Positions 1 through 9,605 of a stretch of 20,000 bases of DNA are shown in pieces; position 1 is the stretch's first letter; each line of letters begins with the position of its first letter. The position numbers and the translations under genes are program-made. Where the stretch lies: the IMG/VR virus record IMGVR_UViG_3300003702_000449; one strand, given 5' to 3'. Below the pieces are notes generated by a model. The model was not told the DNA's origin. It saw nothing but the letters and a program-made list of their open reading frames with translations, and did no database searches. This DNA is from an uncultured virus (IMG/VR IMGVR_UViG_3300003702_000449) (lineage: Duplodnaviria; Heunggongvirae; Uroviricota; Caudoviricetes).

Positions 1-1
1 A

Positions 2-3000
2 GTCACTATCTGCATATAAGGCCGTAAAGGTTGTAGAAGTTGTGCAAGCCGTACCTGGGAATGTTATAGAATTCCCAACTTCAATATCCACAGTCTCAAT
101 AGCTGAAGGGGCACTGTTACCAATATCATCCTCATGTCTAAGCATAAACTGAGTTATACCTGCAGCATTAATAGAAGCTAATCCTGCAGCATTCAGAGGA
201 ATATCGTTATAGGCACCAACAACTAGAGTAGAAGCAGTTAATGCTGAAAGCTGTACTTGCACTGTATAATTTAAGTAATCATAGTCTCCAACAACTAAAG
301 GTTCAGATCCAGCTGCTCCAGCTTCCACTAGGAGTTGCCAGTCAGTACCCACATTTACACTGTCTATATAAATAGATAAGGTAGCAGCAGTAACAGTAGC
401 ATCACTAGGTAAATAACTAGTATCAAAGTTAGCCATATATCTATAGATACGATAGTCATTATCACTAGTCCCGGTAAAGTTATATGCAGCTATATAAGGA
501 CTAGCTGTCAGACCCACAAATAGAGTATCATCATTAGGATGGAACCCTATAGATGTGGTAGCTGAGCCTAATGCAGGACTAGGATCATCAAGTTTGGTAC
601 CAAAGACTCCAGTTAGTGTATTAAAGTTATAAACTGTCAAGTAAGGACCAACAGCATGGGATGCTGCTAAGTTAGTAGGACCAGAAGTATTTTCAGTTAG
701 CCAAGCTACTCCAGTACCAGCCCCAGGTAATGCAGTAGTAGAAATCTTTGTACCAATAGCCCCTGCACTAAAGGGATATACTTCTAAGTAAGGGCTAGTA
801 TCTGTTACTATAGCTATATGAGACCCATCTGGACTAAACTCAATGCCTGTAATTACTCCAGAAGGTATGTTACCTCCAGCAGGAGCTGAAGACTTAGAAC
901 TCCAAGAAGGGGTGCCTGCTCCTCCATTAGTTATAGCCCAGACATGCAAGTATGGACTAGTAGAACATCCAACTGCAACAAAAGTAGCATTAGTATTAAT
1001 ATCTACAGCATTACATTCAGCTCCTGGAGGACTCGTAGGTGCTGTTAAGGTACTAGTCCAGAAACCAGCTATAGCACCAGAGTTATCTATATCGTACATA
1101 TAGACACCAGCACTATCAGTAGTTGCTGCTACTACTATATTATCTCCAGTACCTATATCAAAGCCATTAACTCCTATTGATCCAACAGAGGTAGGATTGG
1201 GAGGAGTACCACTTATAACTCCTGTTGCGGGATCGAAGACATAAGCCCACAGATAATTAGCGTTAGCAGCAGTACCTACAACAAGCCTAGTTTTATCAGA
1301 TGTGAACATTGCATCTGTTCCAGCAGCAGCAGGAATAGTTGTAGGAGGATTAGAAGAAGAATCCCATTCTTTGTCTACTTCATCAAAAGCTTGAACTGTA
1401 AAGTAGGGTAGATCAGTATGTGCAAATACTGCATAGTCAGATCCTGACTGACTAAACGAACCTCCATTTACAGTACTAGACCAAGGTTCAAATATAATCA
1501 GTGCATCAGTTAAGGTTGCATTGAGTCCTCCAGCTTCGGTTGCCTTAACACTCCAATCTCCCGTCTGGATTCCATCGACAAGACAACTTACAACTACTGA
1601 AGTACCTCCTCCAGAAATAGGAGTACATGTTATAGGAGAAGTAGGAGCTCCTGATTTGAAGATTATTACATCCTCGGGAGGTGCAAACGTAGGACCAGGT
1701 AATCCAAGTCCAGTTAAGGTTAACTCTAAGCTACCAGAATTACCTGCCATTGTAGGAGATATACTAGTAAACCCAAAAGGTATCTGGTCAATGCTAAAAT
1801 TGTAATTCTCAGGAAGTACTATATCGTCTGGTACAATACCTGTTACAAAAGGTTTAATTGCACTACCAGGTATAGTTATACTAATGGTTTCTGTAGGTGT
1901 ACTAGGATTATACAGAACATGGGGAAGAAGTGTAATAGTAACTCTACTATCACTAGTCCTTACTACTTCGGAGACGTTCATATCATCTCTAACTGAGGTA
2001 TTCCAGTTAGTAGAACCAGCTCCTAAACTTCCTGTTAACCCATTAATTATATTCTGTCTCTGAGCATCAAAGGTTGCTCCTGCATCTACCCAATGAGTAC
2101 CCCAAAGGTCTAATACTATAGTTTCCCCACCAGATTGTATAATCTGAGCGTCTCCTATACTAGCACTATTGTCACCATGAATTACTATTAACTGAGGATC
2201 CCTGGTAGTTCCACCATACTCTGCCATATTAGCAGTCATATAGTCCGAACCACCTGTAGTATTATATTTAGTACCTAAATAATAAGAAGACTGTCTTATA
2301 GTTGGAGGGTCGTCTCCACCAATATAATCTAAATCGAAACTAGAACGTAGATTAAAGTAAGTTATACCCCCAGGATTAAAACTATGTAATCCTCTCTCAT
2401 TAAAGGCCATCATAGGAAAATGTTCGTTCCAAACATGTGGAGCACCTTGGTTATATATAGAAGGTTGCATTGAAATAGGAAATCTATTACCTAATTCCGT
2501 ATTGTACCATCTACCATCTTTAAAGTCTGATAGTGTTAGAATGTCTACATTACCTGAAAGGTCAGGTATGTTAGAATCAGTTAATACTACGGTACTTCCT
2601 AAACCAGATACGTTAGCAGAATCCGATGTGAATATTTTTAAGTAGGCTGAATGGTAACCTTTATTTGCACAGGGCTCACTATAATTTACTGTTAGTCTGG
2701 CACCTCTACCACCATCTTCGAAAGCCTGAATATCTACATAGGCATTTAACCCTGTTGCGCCTTGTCTCCACATAGGAGCACCATTACGAAAGTGGTCGAT
2801 AACTATCATAAAGCTAGAGGCACCAGTAGGGTCAATCGAATCTATGCCTCTATCATTTAATCTAAATTGATTTTCCTTTGGTCCAAATACCTGTGATGTT
2901 GATATATCGTTAATAATCAAATCATTAGCAAATGGAGGGTCTCCTGAGGGAGTAGCAGTTCTAAAGTTTGAAACTACACTATTATTTGCTACATCGCCAG

Positions 3001-6000
3001 GACTAAAGCCTATTAAGCTTATATGTATAGGAAAATCTGCAGTTCCCAAAGTATCATATTTAGCACTTGCCTTAAAGTCGATATAAGCTGAAGTAATAAT
3101 GGAATCGCTAGGTATACTAGATGTATCAAAGGACAGCGTAACGTCAGAACGGTCAGTATAGGCGTTGTTCTCAAAACCTAACTGAGACTTCACTCGGTTA
3201 GCACCTAAAGTCATACTAGTTTGAGCATCGTAAGGATGTCCAGGTGACTGGTTTGAAGGATCCCCTAGTATCTCTTTCCAACCTTGGTTCCATCCTCCAG
3301 ATGTATGGTTAGAGGTGCTAAAGTTTCCATCTTGATGCGTAGCAGACGTCTGTGTAACAAGAGTGCCTGTAGGACAAGAATAATCAGGTAGACTAGAAGT
3401 ATCGAATCCATAATACATCTTAGATAGATAGGACCAGGCACCTGGTGTATTATCTTTCTGACTTAATTGAATTGCTGAACCACCACTTTGAGTATAATGA
3501 ACTGTAGTTCCATTACCTCCGTACTGTAGGTATCTCCACATACCTGTATAGAAACCAGGTTGATAATTTACTATATCCCCATCCATACCTGTACCTGGGG
3601 CCCAGTTAACTCCTGTATAGAAGGTACTTACTGAGTTATTGTTCACAGTAGAGGTATTATCAACTTCAGCACAGGGAAGAACATAGCGTACTTCTAAGTA
3701 AGGATCTCTTTCGAGTCCAGTAGGACCCCAGTTATCTTCTGCATTATATGCAGAAATACCATTCATTCTATTAGCAGCCGTCCACCACGCAAAGTCATTA
3801 TCTATATCCATACCGAGGGCTAGTTGGAAACTAGTATTTTCAGTATCTTTCTTTATATAGTCTTTGCCTACATCAGTAAGGTCCCATACTTCATATCCGC
3901 CACCTCTATCCTTACCAAAAGACCCAACGTTAGGCGTCGCGTTCGCTACATGGAAAGGACCCATGTTCTCCATAAGCTTATCATTACTTAATCTCATGTA
4001 GGATGTACGATGCATATCCCCATTAGTGAAAGTAGTTTCTGATTGAGGATCAAAATCAATTAAAGCTAAGCCCTGTTTTCTCCAACGGTAATTTCCAAAA
4101 CCTCCATAATCTCTATCATTGTAGTGGTAAGCATAATTTATATAAAGTCCAACTCTACCTTCTATAATAAAAGCATCATCAGGTATCGCAGAAGTATCAA
4201 AACTAAACATCATCCTTTCGCCTACTTCATATAAATTATAAGAGGCGTCTGTTTGTATGATAGTTCTCATCGGAGACCAGCTATCACCTCCCCCATTTCC
4301 AAAGTTACTAACATTACTACGAGTTATTTGATCCCAAGTTAGACCAGGATATCCTGCATTTTGAGTTTGACCATATCCATCCCAACTATCTTGACCTGGT
4401 ACTCCATCTGCATCAGGATAGAATTTCATCTGAGTTGCTGGACACATCTTTAATGTATCAGTTGCATAGGTAATTACTAATTGAGGAGAAGGTTCTGATG
4501 ACTCTGAAGTATGGAACCTCATTTCAGTATCTGAAGTAGCGGCATGAGCGTGCATATCATCCATAAACATAAATAGTTCAGTCCAGCCTGTTCTATTTAC
4601 ATGGACATTTGTCATTCTAGGCCAAGAAGTATGACCCATGTTATTCATATTCATGGACCTAAGGGGAAAGGTCTCTAGAACGTTGTGACCTTGCTCACAT
4701 ATATCCGTTACAGCCCTTAATCTATGAGCATCATCTCCAGGAGAAGTTTTATACTGCTCAGCTGTCCATATATCTGTTGCATCTATAGGCCAATAACCTG
4801 TATAAGCTCCAGCAGTTTCACTTGACTGAGGATTAGCATAAGGTTGCTTTCCATGTGCCCAACCTATTCCAAATAATATGTGCTGGTCTCCAGTTGTTAA
4901 TTTAGAATGGCAAGCTAACTTTAAGTCTGCTTCTAAAATCAGAGCATCATCAGGTAAAGATGAAGTATCAAACCTTACATGGGAAAAGTTATACCTACCA
5001 ACACTATATTTAACTTCCATATCAGGCCAAGTTGTATTAGCGCTGCAACTACTTACAGTAGGAGCAGTAGCATAACAGTTTACCTCACCATCATCGGTAC
5101 CACTTGATACACTGAAAGTAACAGTGGGGTCAATAAGGTAAGGATAAGAAATTTCAGGAACTATAGAATCATCAAAATTCATTCTTATTCTATATTCATC
5201 CAATATCTCCCAAGAACCTGCATCAAACCTTTCTTGGTCTGAACCTATAAGTACAGGTCTAGGAACTACTAGTCTAGGTACCGAACCTCCAAATTCGCTT
5301 TCCTCTGTAAACCAATCTAAAGTTATAAAACCATCTATAGGCTCATAGAATAGGTCAGTATGTCCAGTTACAGCATTTCCCTGAAGATCAAGTCTTAAAG
5401 GTTGTACTCCAAATCCTAGAGGTTGGAATACGAAATCATATTCTTGTTGACCTAAAGGATTAGTAACTTCAGCAGTTAACTTAATGCCAGCATTGTTTAA
5501 TGTATAAATCCATTTAAGTCCTTCATATTCATACCAAGCAGTATTTCCTTCATAACTAAGAGGAGTAGGAGTATACCATCTACCTCCATATTCTCCATCA
5601 CTACTTAAGAAAGATATGGTACTCTGATTACCCTCAACCTTAAACCAGGGATGAGTAACCATAGACCAATTTTCTGGATTATCTGGATCTTGAATTAAGT
5701 TTAAACTAGTTTCTCTCCAGTCTCCTTCATCATCTTTATAATGTATATTAGGTTCATAAGTACTTCTTAAAGTACCAATTGCTATCTGGAAAGTCTTTGA
5801 ATCTCTAGTTCTTAAATCTATCCTTTCAGAGAAACTTTCTACTTCAGGTAACTCACCAAAATATTCTTCAATTAGGCCATCTTCATTTATCTTATAAGCC
5901 TTATTTATCAGATAAGAAAACTTGGACGCAAGACTATTAGCACCTGCAGCCTCATTCTCACTATAACTTCTAATTGGAAGTACTGACCTACCAATGTCCC

Positions 6001-6790
6001 TAGTCCATCCACTTACAATTCTAGTATAGTGCATACTTCCGACTACATTAAGTAGTGCCATTTCCTCTAACGAAGTCTCTGTCTTTAACTTCCAAAAAGC
6101 TCCCTTATCATAATGCCAACTAGTTCCCCCTGTACCTATATATCTAGGTTCGCCTAGAATAGCCTGAACTTCGTCTCCAGTCATTCCTTCAACTATACTA
6201 TCTGGAAAGACTCCATAATCATCTATTATTCCAGTTACAACCTGATGCTGTCCAGGAGTCTGTCCCTCTACCATTTGATCTATAGTAACAAACCCTGCAT
6301 TTTCAGGATCATCTGGATCTTCTAAAAATATATCTTCCCAAGTAGCCGCAGGCGTTACTAATTCTAAGGTAATATATCCAGTGGGTATATACTGCTCTAA
6401 TTCCTCTACGTCACTATTAGTCTCTTTATTAAATACAGGATAGGAACGATAAGGAGCTACAGTATTATCCTCCCTAAGAAATTCTCCTAATATATTAGTT
6501 TCTCTATCAACTCTTTCGTTTAGAAGTCCGTCCCAAGTGTATAGTTCATAAAACCATTCTTTACCATACTTATCTATATGTTGAACTTCTAATACTAGCT
6601 TTCCTTGAGCAGAACGGACATCTACTATTCTAAAGTCTGCACTATCATTATGGTTATGATTAGCTTGGTCGTGAGGCTCGCTTTCGCTATGAGCAAAAAG
6701 TTGATTAGGTACTACTATAATAGCTAAAGTAAATAGCACTATACTTAGCCAAGTAATTAACCAAGACTTATCTAATCTATGACGGATCAT
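2..6790 (-). CDS. Giant secreted multidomain adhesin/receptor-binding-like protein, partial (runs off left edge, at least 2263 aa)
   Basis: Not in the ORF track because it has no stop in the window. Manual translation from ATG 6790: MIRHRLDKSWLITWLSIVLFTLAIIVVPNQLFA (signal peptide); WapA/Rhs-N-terminal-like motifs (ERIDLRTRDSKTF...IHYKDEGDW, YPYLIDPT); five FDTSx(L/I)PxD-type DNRLRE-like motifs (about 4960, 4190, 3395, 3115, 415); IPT/TIG-like domain (about 1490-1780); 7-blade beta-propeller (about 480-1489). Frame is consistent at both ends. Confidence 0.9.
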   Translation of the reverse strand, partial: MIRHRLDKSWLITWLSIVLFTLAIIVVPNQLFAHSESEPHDQANHNHNDSADFRIVDVRSAQGKLVLEVQHIDKYGKEWFYELYTWDGLLNERVDRETNILGEFLREDNTVAPYRSYPVFNKETNSDVEELEQYIPTGYITLELVTPAATWEDIFLEDPDDPENAGFVTIDQMVEGQTPGQHQVVTGIIDDYGVFPDSIVEGMTGDEVQAILGEPRYIGTGGTSWHYDKGAFWKLKTETSLEEMALLNVVGSMHYTRIVSGWTRDIGRSVLPIRSYSENEAAGANSLASKFSYLINKAYKINEDGLIEEYFGELPEVESFSERIDLRTRDSKTFQIAIGTLRSTYEPNIHYKDDEGDWRETSLNLIQDPDNPENWSMVTHPWFKVEGNQSTISFLSSDGEYGGRWYTPTPLSYEGNTAWYEYEGLKWIYTLNNAGIKLTAEVTNPLGQQEYDFVFQPLGFGVQPLRLDLQGNAVTGHTDLFYEPIDGFITLDWFTEESEFGGSVPRLVVPRPVLIGSDQERFDAGSWEILDEYRIRMNFDDSIVPEISYPYLIDPTVTFSVSSGTDDGEVNCYATAPTVSSCSANTTWPDMEVKYSVGRYNFSHVRFDTSSLPDDALILEADLKLACHSKLTTGDQHILFGIGWAHGKQPYANPQSSETAGAYTGYWPIDATDIWTAEQYKTSPGDDAHRLRAVTDICEQGHNVLETFPLRSMNMNNMGHTSWPRMTNVHVNRTGWTELFMFMDDMHAHAATSDTEMRFHTSESSEPSPQLVITYATDTLKMCPATQMKFYPDADGVPGQDSWDGYGQTQNAGYPGLTWDQITRSNVSNFGNGGGDSWSPMRTIIQTDASYNLYEVGERMMFSFDTSAIPDDAFIIEGRVGLYINYAYHYNDRDYGGFGNYRWRKQGLALIDFDPQSETTFTNGDMHRTSYMRLSNDKLMENMGPFHVANATPNVGSFGKDRGGGYEVWDLTDVGKDYIKKDTENTSFQLALGMDIDNDFAWWTAANRMNGISAYNAEDNWGPTGLERDPYLEVRYVLPCAEVDNTSTVNNNSVSTFYTGVNWAPGTGMDGDIVNYQPGFYTGMWRYLQYGGNGTTVHYTQSGGSAIQLSQKDNTPGAWSYLSKMYYGFDTSSLPDYSCPTGTLVTQTSATHQDGNFSTSNHTSGGWNQGWKEILGDPSNQSPGHPYDAQTSMTLGANRVKSQLGFENNAYTDRSDVTLSFDTSSIPSDSIITSAYIDFKASAKYDTLGTADFPIHISLIGFSPGDVANNSVVSNFRTATPSGDPPFANDLIINDISTSQVFGPKENQFRLNDRGIDSIDPTGASSFMIVIDHFRNGAPMWRQGATGLNAYVDIQAFEDGGRGARLTVNYSEPCANKGYHSAYLKIFTSDSANVSGLGSTVVLTDSNIPDLSGNVDILTLSDFKDGRWYNTELGNRFPISMQPSIYNQGAPHVWNEHFPMMAFNERGLHSFNPGGITYFNLRSSFDLDYIGGDDPPTIRQSSYYLGTKYNTTGGSDYMTANMAEYGGTTRDPQLIVIHGDNSASIGDAQIIQSGGETIVLDLWGTHWVDAGATFDAQRQNIINGLTGSLGAGSTNWNTSVRDDMNVSEVVRTSDSRVTITLLPHVLYNPSTPTETISITIPGSAIKPFVTGIVPDDIVLPENYNFSIDQIPFGFTSISPTMAGNSGSLELTLTGLGLPGPTFAPPEDVIIFKSGAPTSPITCTPISGGGTSVVVSCLVDGIQTGDWSVKATEAGGLNATLTDALIIFEPWSSTVNGGSFSQSGSDYAVFAHTDLPYFTVQAFDEVDKEWDSSSNPPTTIPAAAGTDAMFTSDKTRLVVGTAANANYLWAYVFDPATGVISGTPPNPTSVGSIGVNGFDIGTGDNIVVAATTDSAGVYMYDIDNSGAIAGFWTSTLTAPTSPPGAECNAVDINTNATFVAVGCSTSPYLHVWAITNGGAGTPSWSSKSSAPAGGNIPSGVITGIEFSPDGSHIAIVTDTSPYLEVYPFSAGAIGTKISTTALPGAGTGVAWLTENTSGPTNLAASHAVGPYLTVYNFNTLTGVFGTKLDDPSPALGSATTSIGFHPNDDTLFVGLTASPYIAAYNFTGTSDNDYRIYRYMANFDTSYLPSDATVTAATLSIYIDSVNVGTDWQLLVEAGAAGSEPLVVGDYDYLNYTVQVQLSALTASTLVVGAYNDIPLNAAGLASINAAGITQFMLRHEDDIGNSAPSAIETVDIEVGNSITFPGTACTTSTTFTALYADSD
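476..1489 (-). repeat. Seven ~45-50 aa beta-propeller blade repeats within the giant ORF
   Basis: Repeating pattern (F/W/I)GxKxxxP...P...xxxxF(S/H)PDG..hhh....SPYhxhY, e.g. WSSKSSAP..PSGVITGIEFSPDGSHIAIVTDTSPYLEVYPF and FGTKLDDPSPALGSATTSIGFHPNDDTLFVGLTASPYIAAYNF; seven units counted. Confidence 0.85.
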
Positions 6791-8069
6791 TTAATTTCGC
6801 TCCAAAGGCTGCCGTAGTGTCTATAACCTTATCGTAAGCCTGCCCAATTTTATGGCTTGTTACTTCACTAGAAGTGTTTGAAAGGACATCTGCAGAATCT
6901 TCTTGTCTAACTGTTATATAGTTACTTGAGGCGTTATAGAAACTCTTTGAGTAAGATTCTTCAGCAGTAGCACTATAATAAACCCCTGCAGTTCCATCCT
7001 CCTCATTATGAGTCCAAGTTCCAATATAGTTACCACCTACTCCAGGGGCTGTAAGAGTTAAAGTATTATTGCCTCCAGCTACTAAAGCTGACTGGTAGCC
7101 TAAATCGAATGAGGCCCCTTTACCAAAGACTGTCCCTGTCTCATTAGTATCTACTTTAAAGTTCTGTTTAATCTCGAATCTCCAGCTACTACCAGGTTCT
7201 AATACAGCTGCATCTGCAGTTACAATCCCATCAAATCCAGGAAAATAGTTATGGAATGTATCAGTATCAGCCCCTCCAGTATATAGACTATAAGGTAGAG
7301 ATTCTCCTGCTGCAAGACTATCAGCATGGAACCACCACTGACCAGTTTCATACCAAGACTGTTCTCCTAAAGGTACTATAGTATTAGTACCAGCTGCAAC
7401 AGCTGTTACTTCTACCTTTAACCAATAAGCAGCAAAAGACTGGTGATTTTCCTTACCCCAGGCTCCACCTGTAGGCATAGTCCAACTAATACTATTATTC
7501 CCTACAGTCTTAAAACCATAATCATTACTGTCTAAAGTACTATCAAGTACTCCTGAAAATCCTACCCAACTAGTACAAGTAGTTGCATTAGACGTATCAC
7601 AGTATTTCCAGTTAGTAGTTAGATTATAATCAGTTGCTGTAGAAACAACTAAACGCATCATTCTTCCAGGATTATGTAAAGCAAATTCATACTCTTCATT
7701 TAATTGATAAGGGAATTCCATATCATTGGTAGTATTATTAGTAGCATCAGTAGTATCATCAGCAGCTAGTCTATTATAAGCTTTCTGCATATTTATCTTT
7801 AAAGAAGAGGGCATATTAGGTACATCAAAGGTACCTTGATGCAAGTGTGCATTTAAAGCATCTGGAGCTATATATCCAGTATCAATTAAGGTTTGAGCTG
7901 ATAAACCAAAATTCATAATAGCATCATTAACAGCAATACTCTGAGTATTCTGAGCTGTCATCTTCCACTGGACTAAACTACCAGTTATACTAGCTCCTAT
8001 CAAGAAAACAGAGAAAAAGGCAGTTAATAGAAGAAGGCCCCTCTTTTTATTTTTAGACTTACTAAACAA
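6777..8069 (-). CDS. Secreted/membrane-anchored beta-rich virion-like protein (430 aa); apparently the N-terminal half of a split adhesin gene
   Basis: TTG start 1 nt after upstream stop; basic N-terminus plus hydrophobic signal/anchor; Thr/Ser/Asn/Trp-rich beta-type sequence; ends abruptly in FGAKLNDPS, a propeller-blade start motif. Confidence 0.85.
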   Translation of the reverse strand: MFSKSKNKKRGLLLLTAFFSVFLIGASITGSLVQWKMTAQNTQSIAVNDAIMNFGLSAQTLIDTGYIAPDALNAHLHQGTFDVPNMPSSLKINMQKAYNRLAADDTTDATNNTTNDMEFPYQLNEEYEFALHNPGRMMRLVVSTATDYNLTTNWKYCDTSNATTCTSWVGFSGVLDSTLDSNDYGFKTVGNNSISWTMPTGGAWGKENHQSFAAYWLKVEVTAVAAGTNTIVPLGEQSWYETGQWWFHADSLAAGESLPYSLYTGGADTDTFHNYFPGFDGIVTADAAVLEPGSSWRFEIKQNFKVDTNETGTVFGKGASFDLGYQSALVAGGNNTLTLTAPGVGGNYIGTWTHNEEDGTAGVYYSATAEESYSKSFYNASSNYITVRQEDSADVLSNTSSEVTSHKIGQAYDKVIDTTAAFGAKLNDPS

Positions 8070-8070
8070 T

Positions 8071-9159
8071 TTAAGCCATCCTAGACATTATAAAGGTTAC
8101 CCCAAATAGAACCAAAATAAAGAAGAATACAGCAAAGACTAGTCCGATAGGAATAAGTCCTAACATACTTCCAGCTAAAATTAGAGGTATGCCAGTAACC
8201 ATAGCAGGAGTAACTGCCTGAGTTACATTAAAGATCATTCCAAGTATAGATATACCTATAAGAACGAAACCTATACCTCCAATAATCATACCTGTAGCCT
8301 TTGGATTTCCCTCTGAGTCCTCCTGTTCACCAAATAAAGCTAAGCCTAATGCATCTAAATTAGTAGACATACTCTCAGGTAAATTTCCCTCTAAGAAATC
8401 TTGTCCTTTAGGAGCTCCTGTATACGCTGTAGGTTCCTCAGCTATAGAAGCAGTAAATGCAAAAATATCTGGAACTAGAGTTCTAACCCCAGGAATAACC
8501 TTCATTGCAATAGTAGCACCAGCAACACTAAGTCTATCACCTAAGTTAGTTATTGTAGTATACTCCTGACCTGAAGCTATAGAAGCATTCTCAGTAATTT
8601 CAAGTATCTTACTCCCAAGAGAGTCTAGAGTAGTTCCTCCTAAAGTACCATCTATCCATATACTAGTATCATCTACTGATACTTTAGACTCATATGAGTT
8701 AGTAGAATCAACTGTAGAAAATAGAATAGGATTAGCACAGATACAAACCTTTAACTTATCCATATTCCAAGTTAAACCCTGATTTACCACACCCGCAGCA
8801 GTAAAGTACATAGCCTGATAAGCATGACCATAATAGAATATCTGTCTTATACCTCTAATAGTATCAGAAATTACAATTGGAGGTCCAGACTCAGTAACTT
8901 CTAGGATTAATTGTACTGCGAAGGCTCGCCTTGGATCTTCACTAGGAACCACAGCATAATTAACATTATATTCCACTAAGATAAGTAAATCATCAGCCTC
9001 TAAATAATTTCTAAAGACTGCAACCTGGTGTAACTTAATAGAATCAGGGTTAGTAATAGCAAAGACTGGATTAGCAGCAAAGCTAGCCAGAACTATTGCT
9101 ATAAGTATAAATATTAAGTGAAATCTACGTACTACCATACCTGAACCTAGTAAGTCCAT
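8071..9159 (-). CDS. Membrane protein with signal peptide and C-terminal transmembrane helices (putative virion envelope protein)
   Basis: Signal peptide (RRFHLIFILIAIVLASFAANPVFA), ~250-aa soluble region, 2-3 C-terminal hydrophobic segments. Alternative start ATG at 9138. Confidence 0.85.
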   Translation of the reverse strand: MDLLGSGMVVRRFHLIFILIAIVLASFAANPVFAITNPDSIKLHQVAVFRNYLEADDLLILVEYNVNYAVVPSEDPRRAFAVQLILEVTESGPPIVISDTIRGIRQIFYYGHAYQAMYFTAAGVVNQGLTWNMDKLKVCICANPILFSTVDSTNSYESKVSVDDTSIWIDGTLGGTTLDSLGSKILEITENASIASGQEYTTITNLGDRLSVAGATIAMKVIPGVRTLVPDIFAFTASIAEEPTAYTGAPKGQDFLEGNLPESMSTNLDALGLALFGEQEDSEGNPKATGMIIGGIGFVLIGISILGMIFNVTQAVTPAMVTGIPLILAGSMLGLIPIGLVFAVFFFILVLFGVTFIMSRMA

Positions 9160-9349
9160 CCTCCATTTGAGCCTTTACCATCCTAACTGCCCTAGCTCGA
9201 TTACTTGTAGGAAGATCAAACAACTCAGAATCCTTTATATTGCTCTGAGAAGAGATTTCTAATTTCTTCTGAGTTGCAAGATCTTCACTTTGATAAGGTC
9301 CATAAAATATAGGAGACCTTTCATCCATTGCCAGTATATACCAAGGCAT
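9125..9349 (-). CDS. Hypothetical protein (74 aa)
   Basis: Start abuts the stop of the upstream ORF (TAG ATG); natural composition; no recognised family. Confidence 0.75.
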   Translation of the reverse strand: MPWYILAMDERSPIFYGPYQSEDLATQKKLEISSQSNIKDSELFDLPTSNRARAVRMVKAQMEDGLTRFRYGST

Positions 9350-9592
9350 CTAAATACCCTTTATGCCTCTGAGTCCAGGACGCTTCCAGCCTTTCTTGGC
9401 TTTCTTTCCCATTACACCACTAGCTTGTTTCTTTACACCCTTAGCTACTTTAGTAGCTTCCTGGGCTAAACCAGATTTAATCTCACTGGCTTTAAATCCA
9501 CCATTAGTAACCTTAGCAGCTGCCTTAGCTTCATCTGCCATAGTTCTGGGTACTGCCTTAGTTTCCGGTAACGTGTATATTCTCTTAGCCAT
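9350..9592 (-). CDS. Small Lys/Ala-rich basic protein (80 aa), putative DNA-condensing protein
   Basis: AAGGAGG RBS upstream; highly basic (KKQASGVMGKKAKKGWKRPGLRGIKGI). Confidence 0.8.
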   Translation of the reverse strand: MAKRIYTLPETKAVPRTMADEAKAAAKVTNGGFKASEIKSGLAQEATKVAKGVKKQASGVMGKKAKKGWKRPGLRGIKGI

Positions 9593-9605
9593 TGTCTTAC
9601 CCTCC

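Noticed and set aside
2..6790. Diversity-generating retroelement target or Rhs toxin
   Set aside because: No RT, no TR/VR pair with adenine-specific mismatches noticed, and no YD repeats in the window.
1480..6800. Self-splicing intron, intein or IS element as the 5.3-kb insert
   Set aside because: No transposase, RT, homing endonuclease or intein motifs; only weak junction similarity (CATAGATTAGAT vs CACTGATTATAT), no convincing target duplication or terminal repeats.
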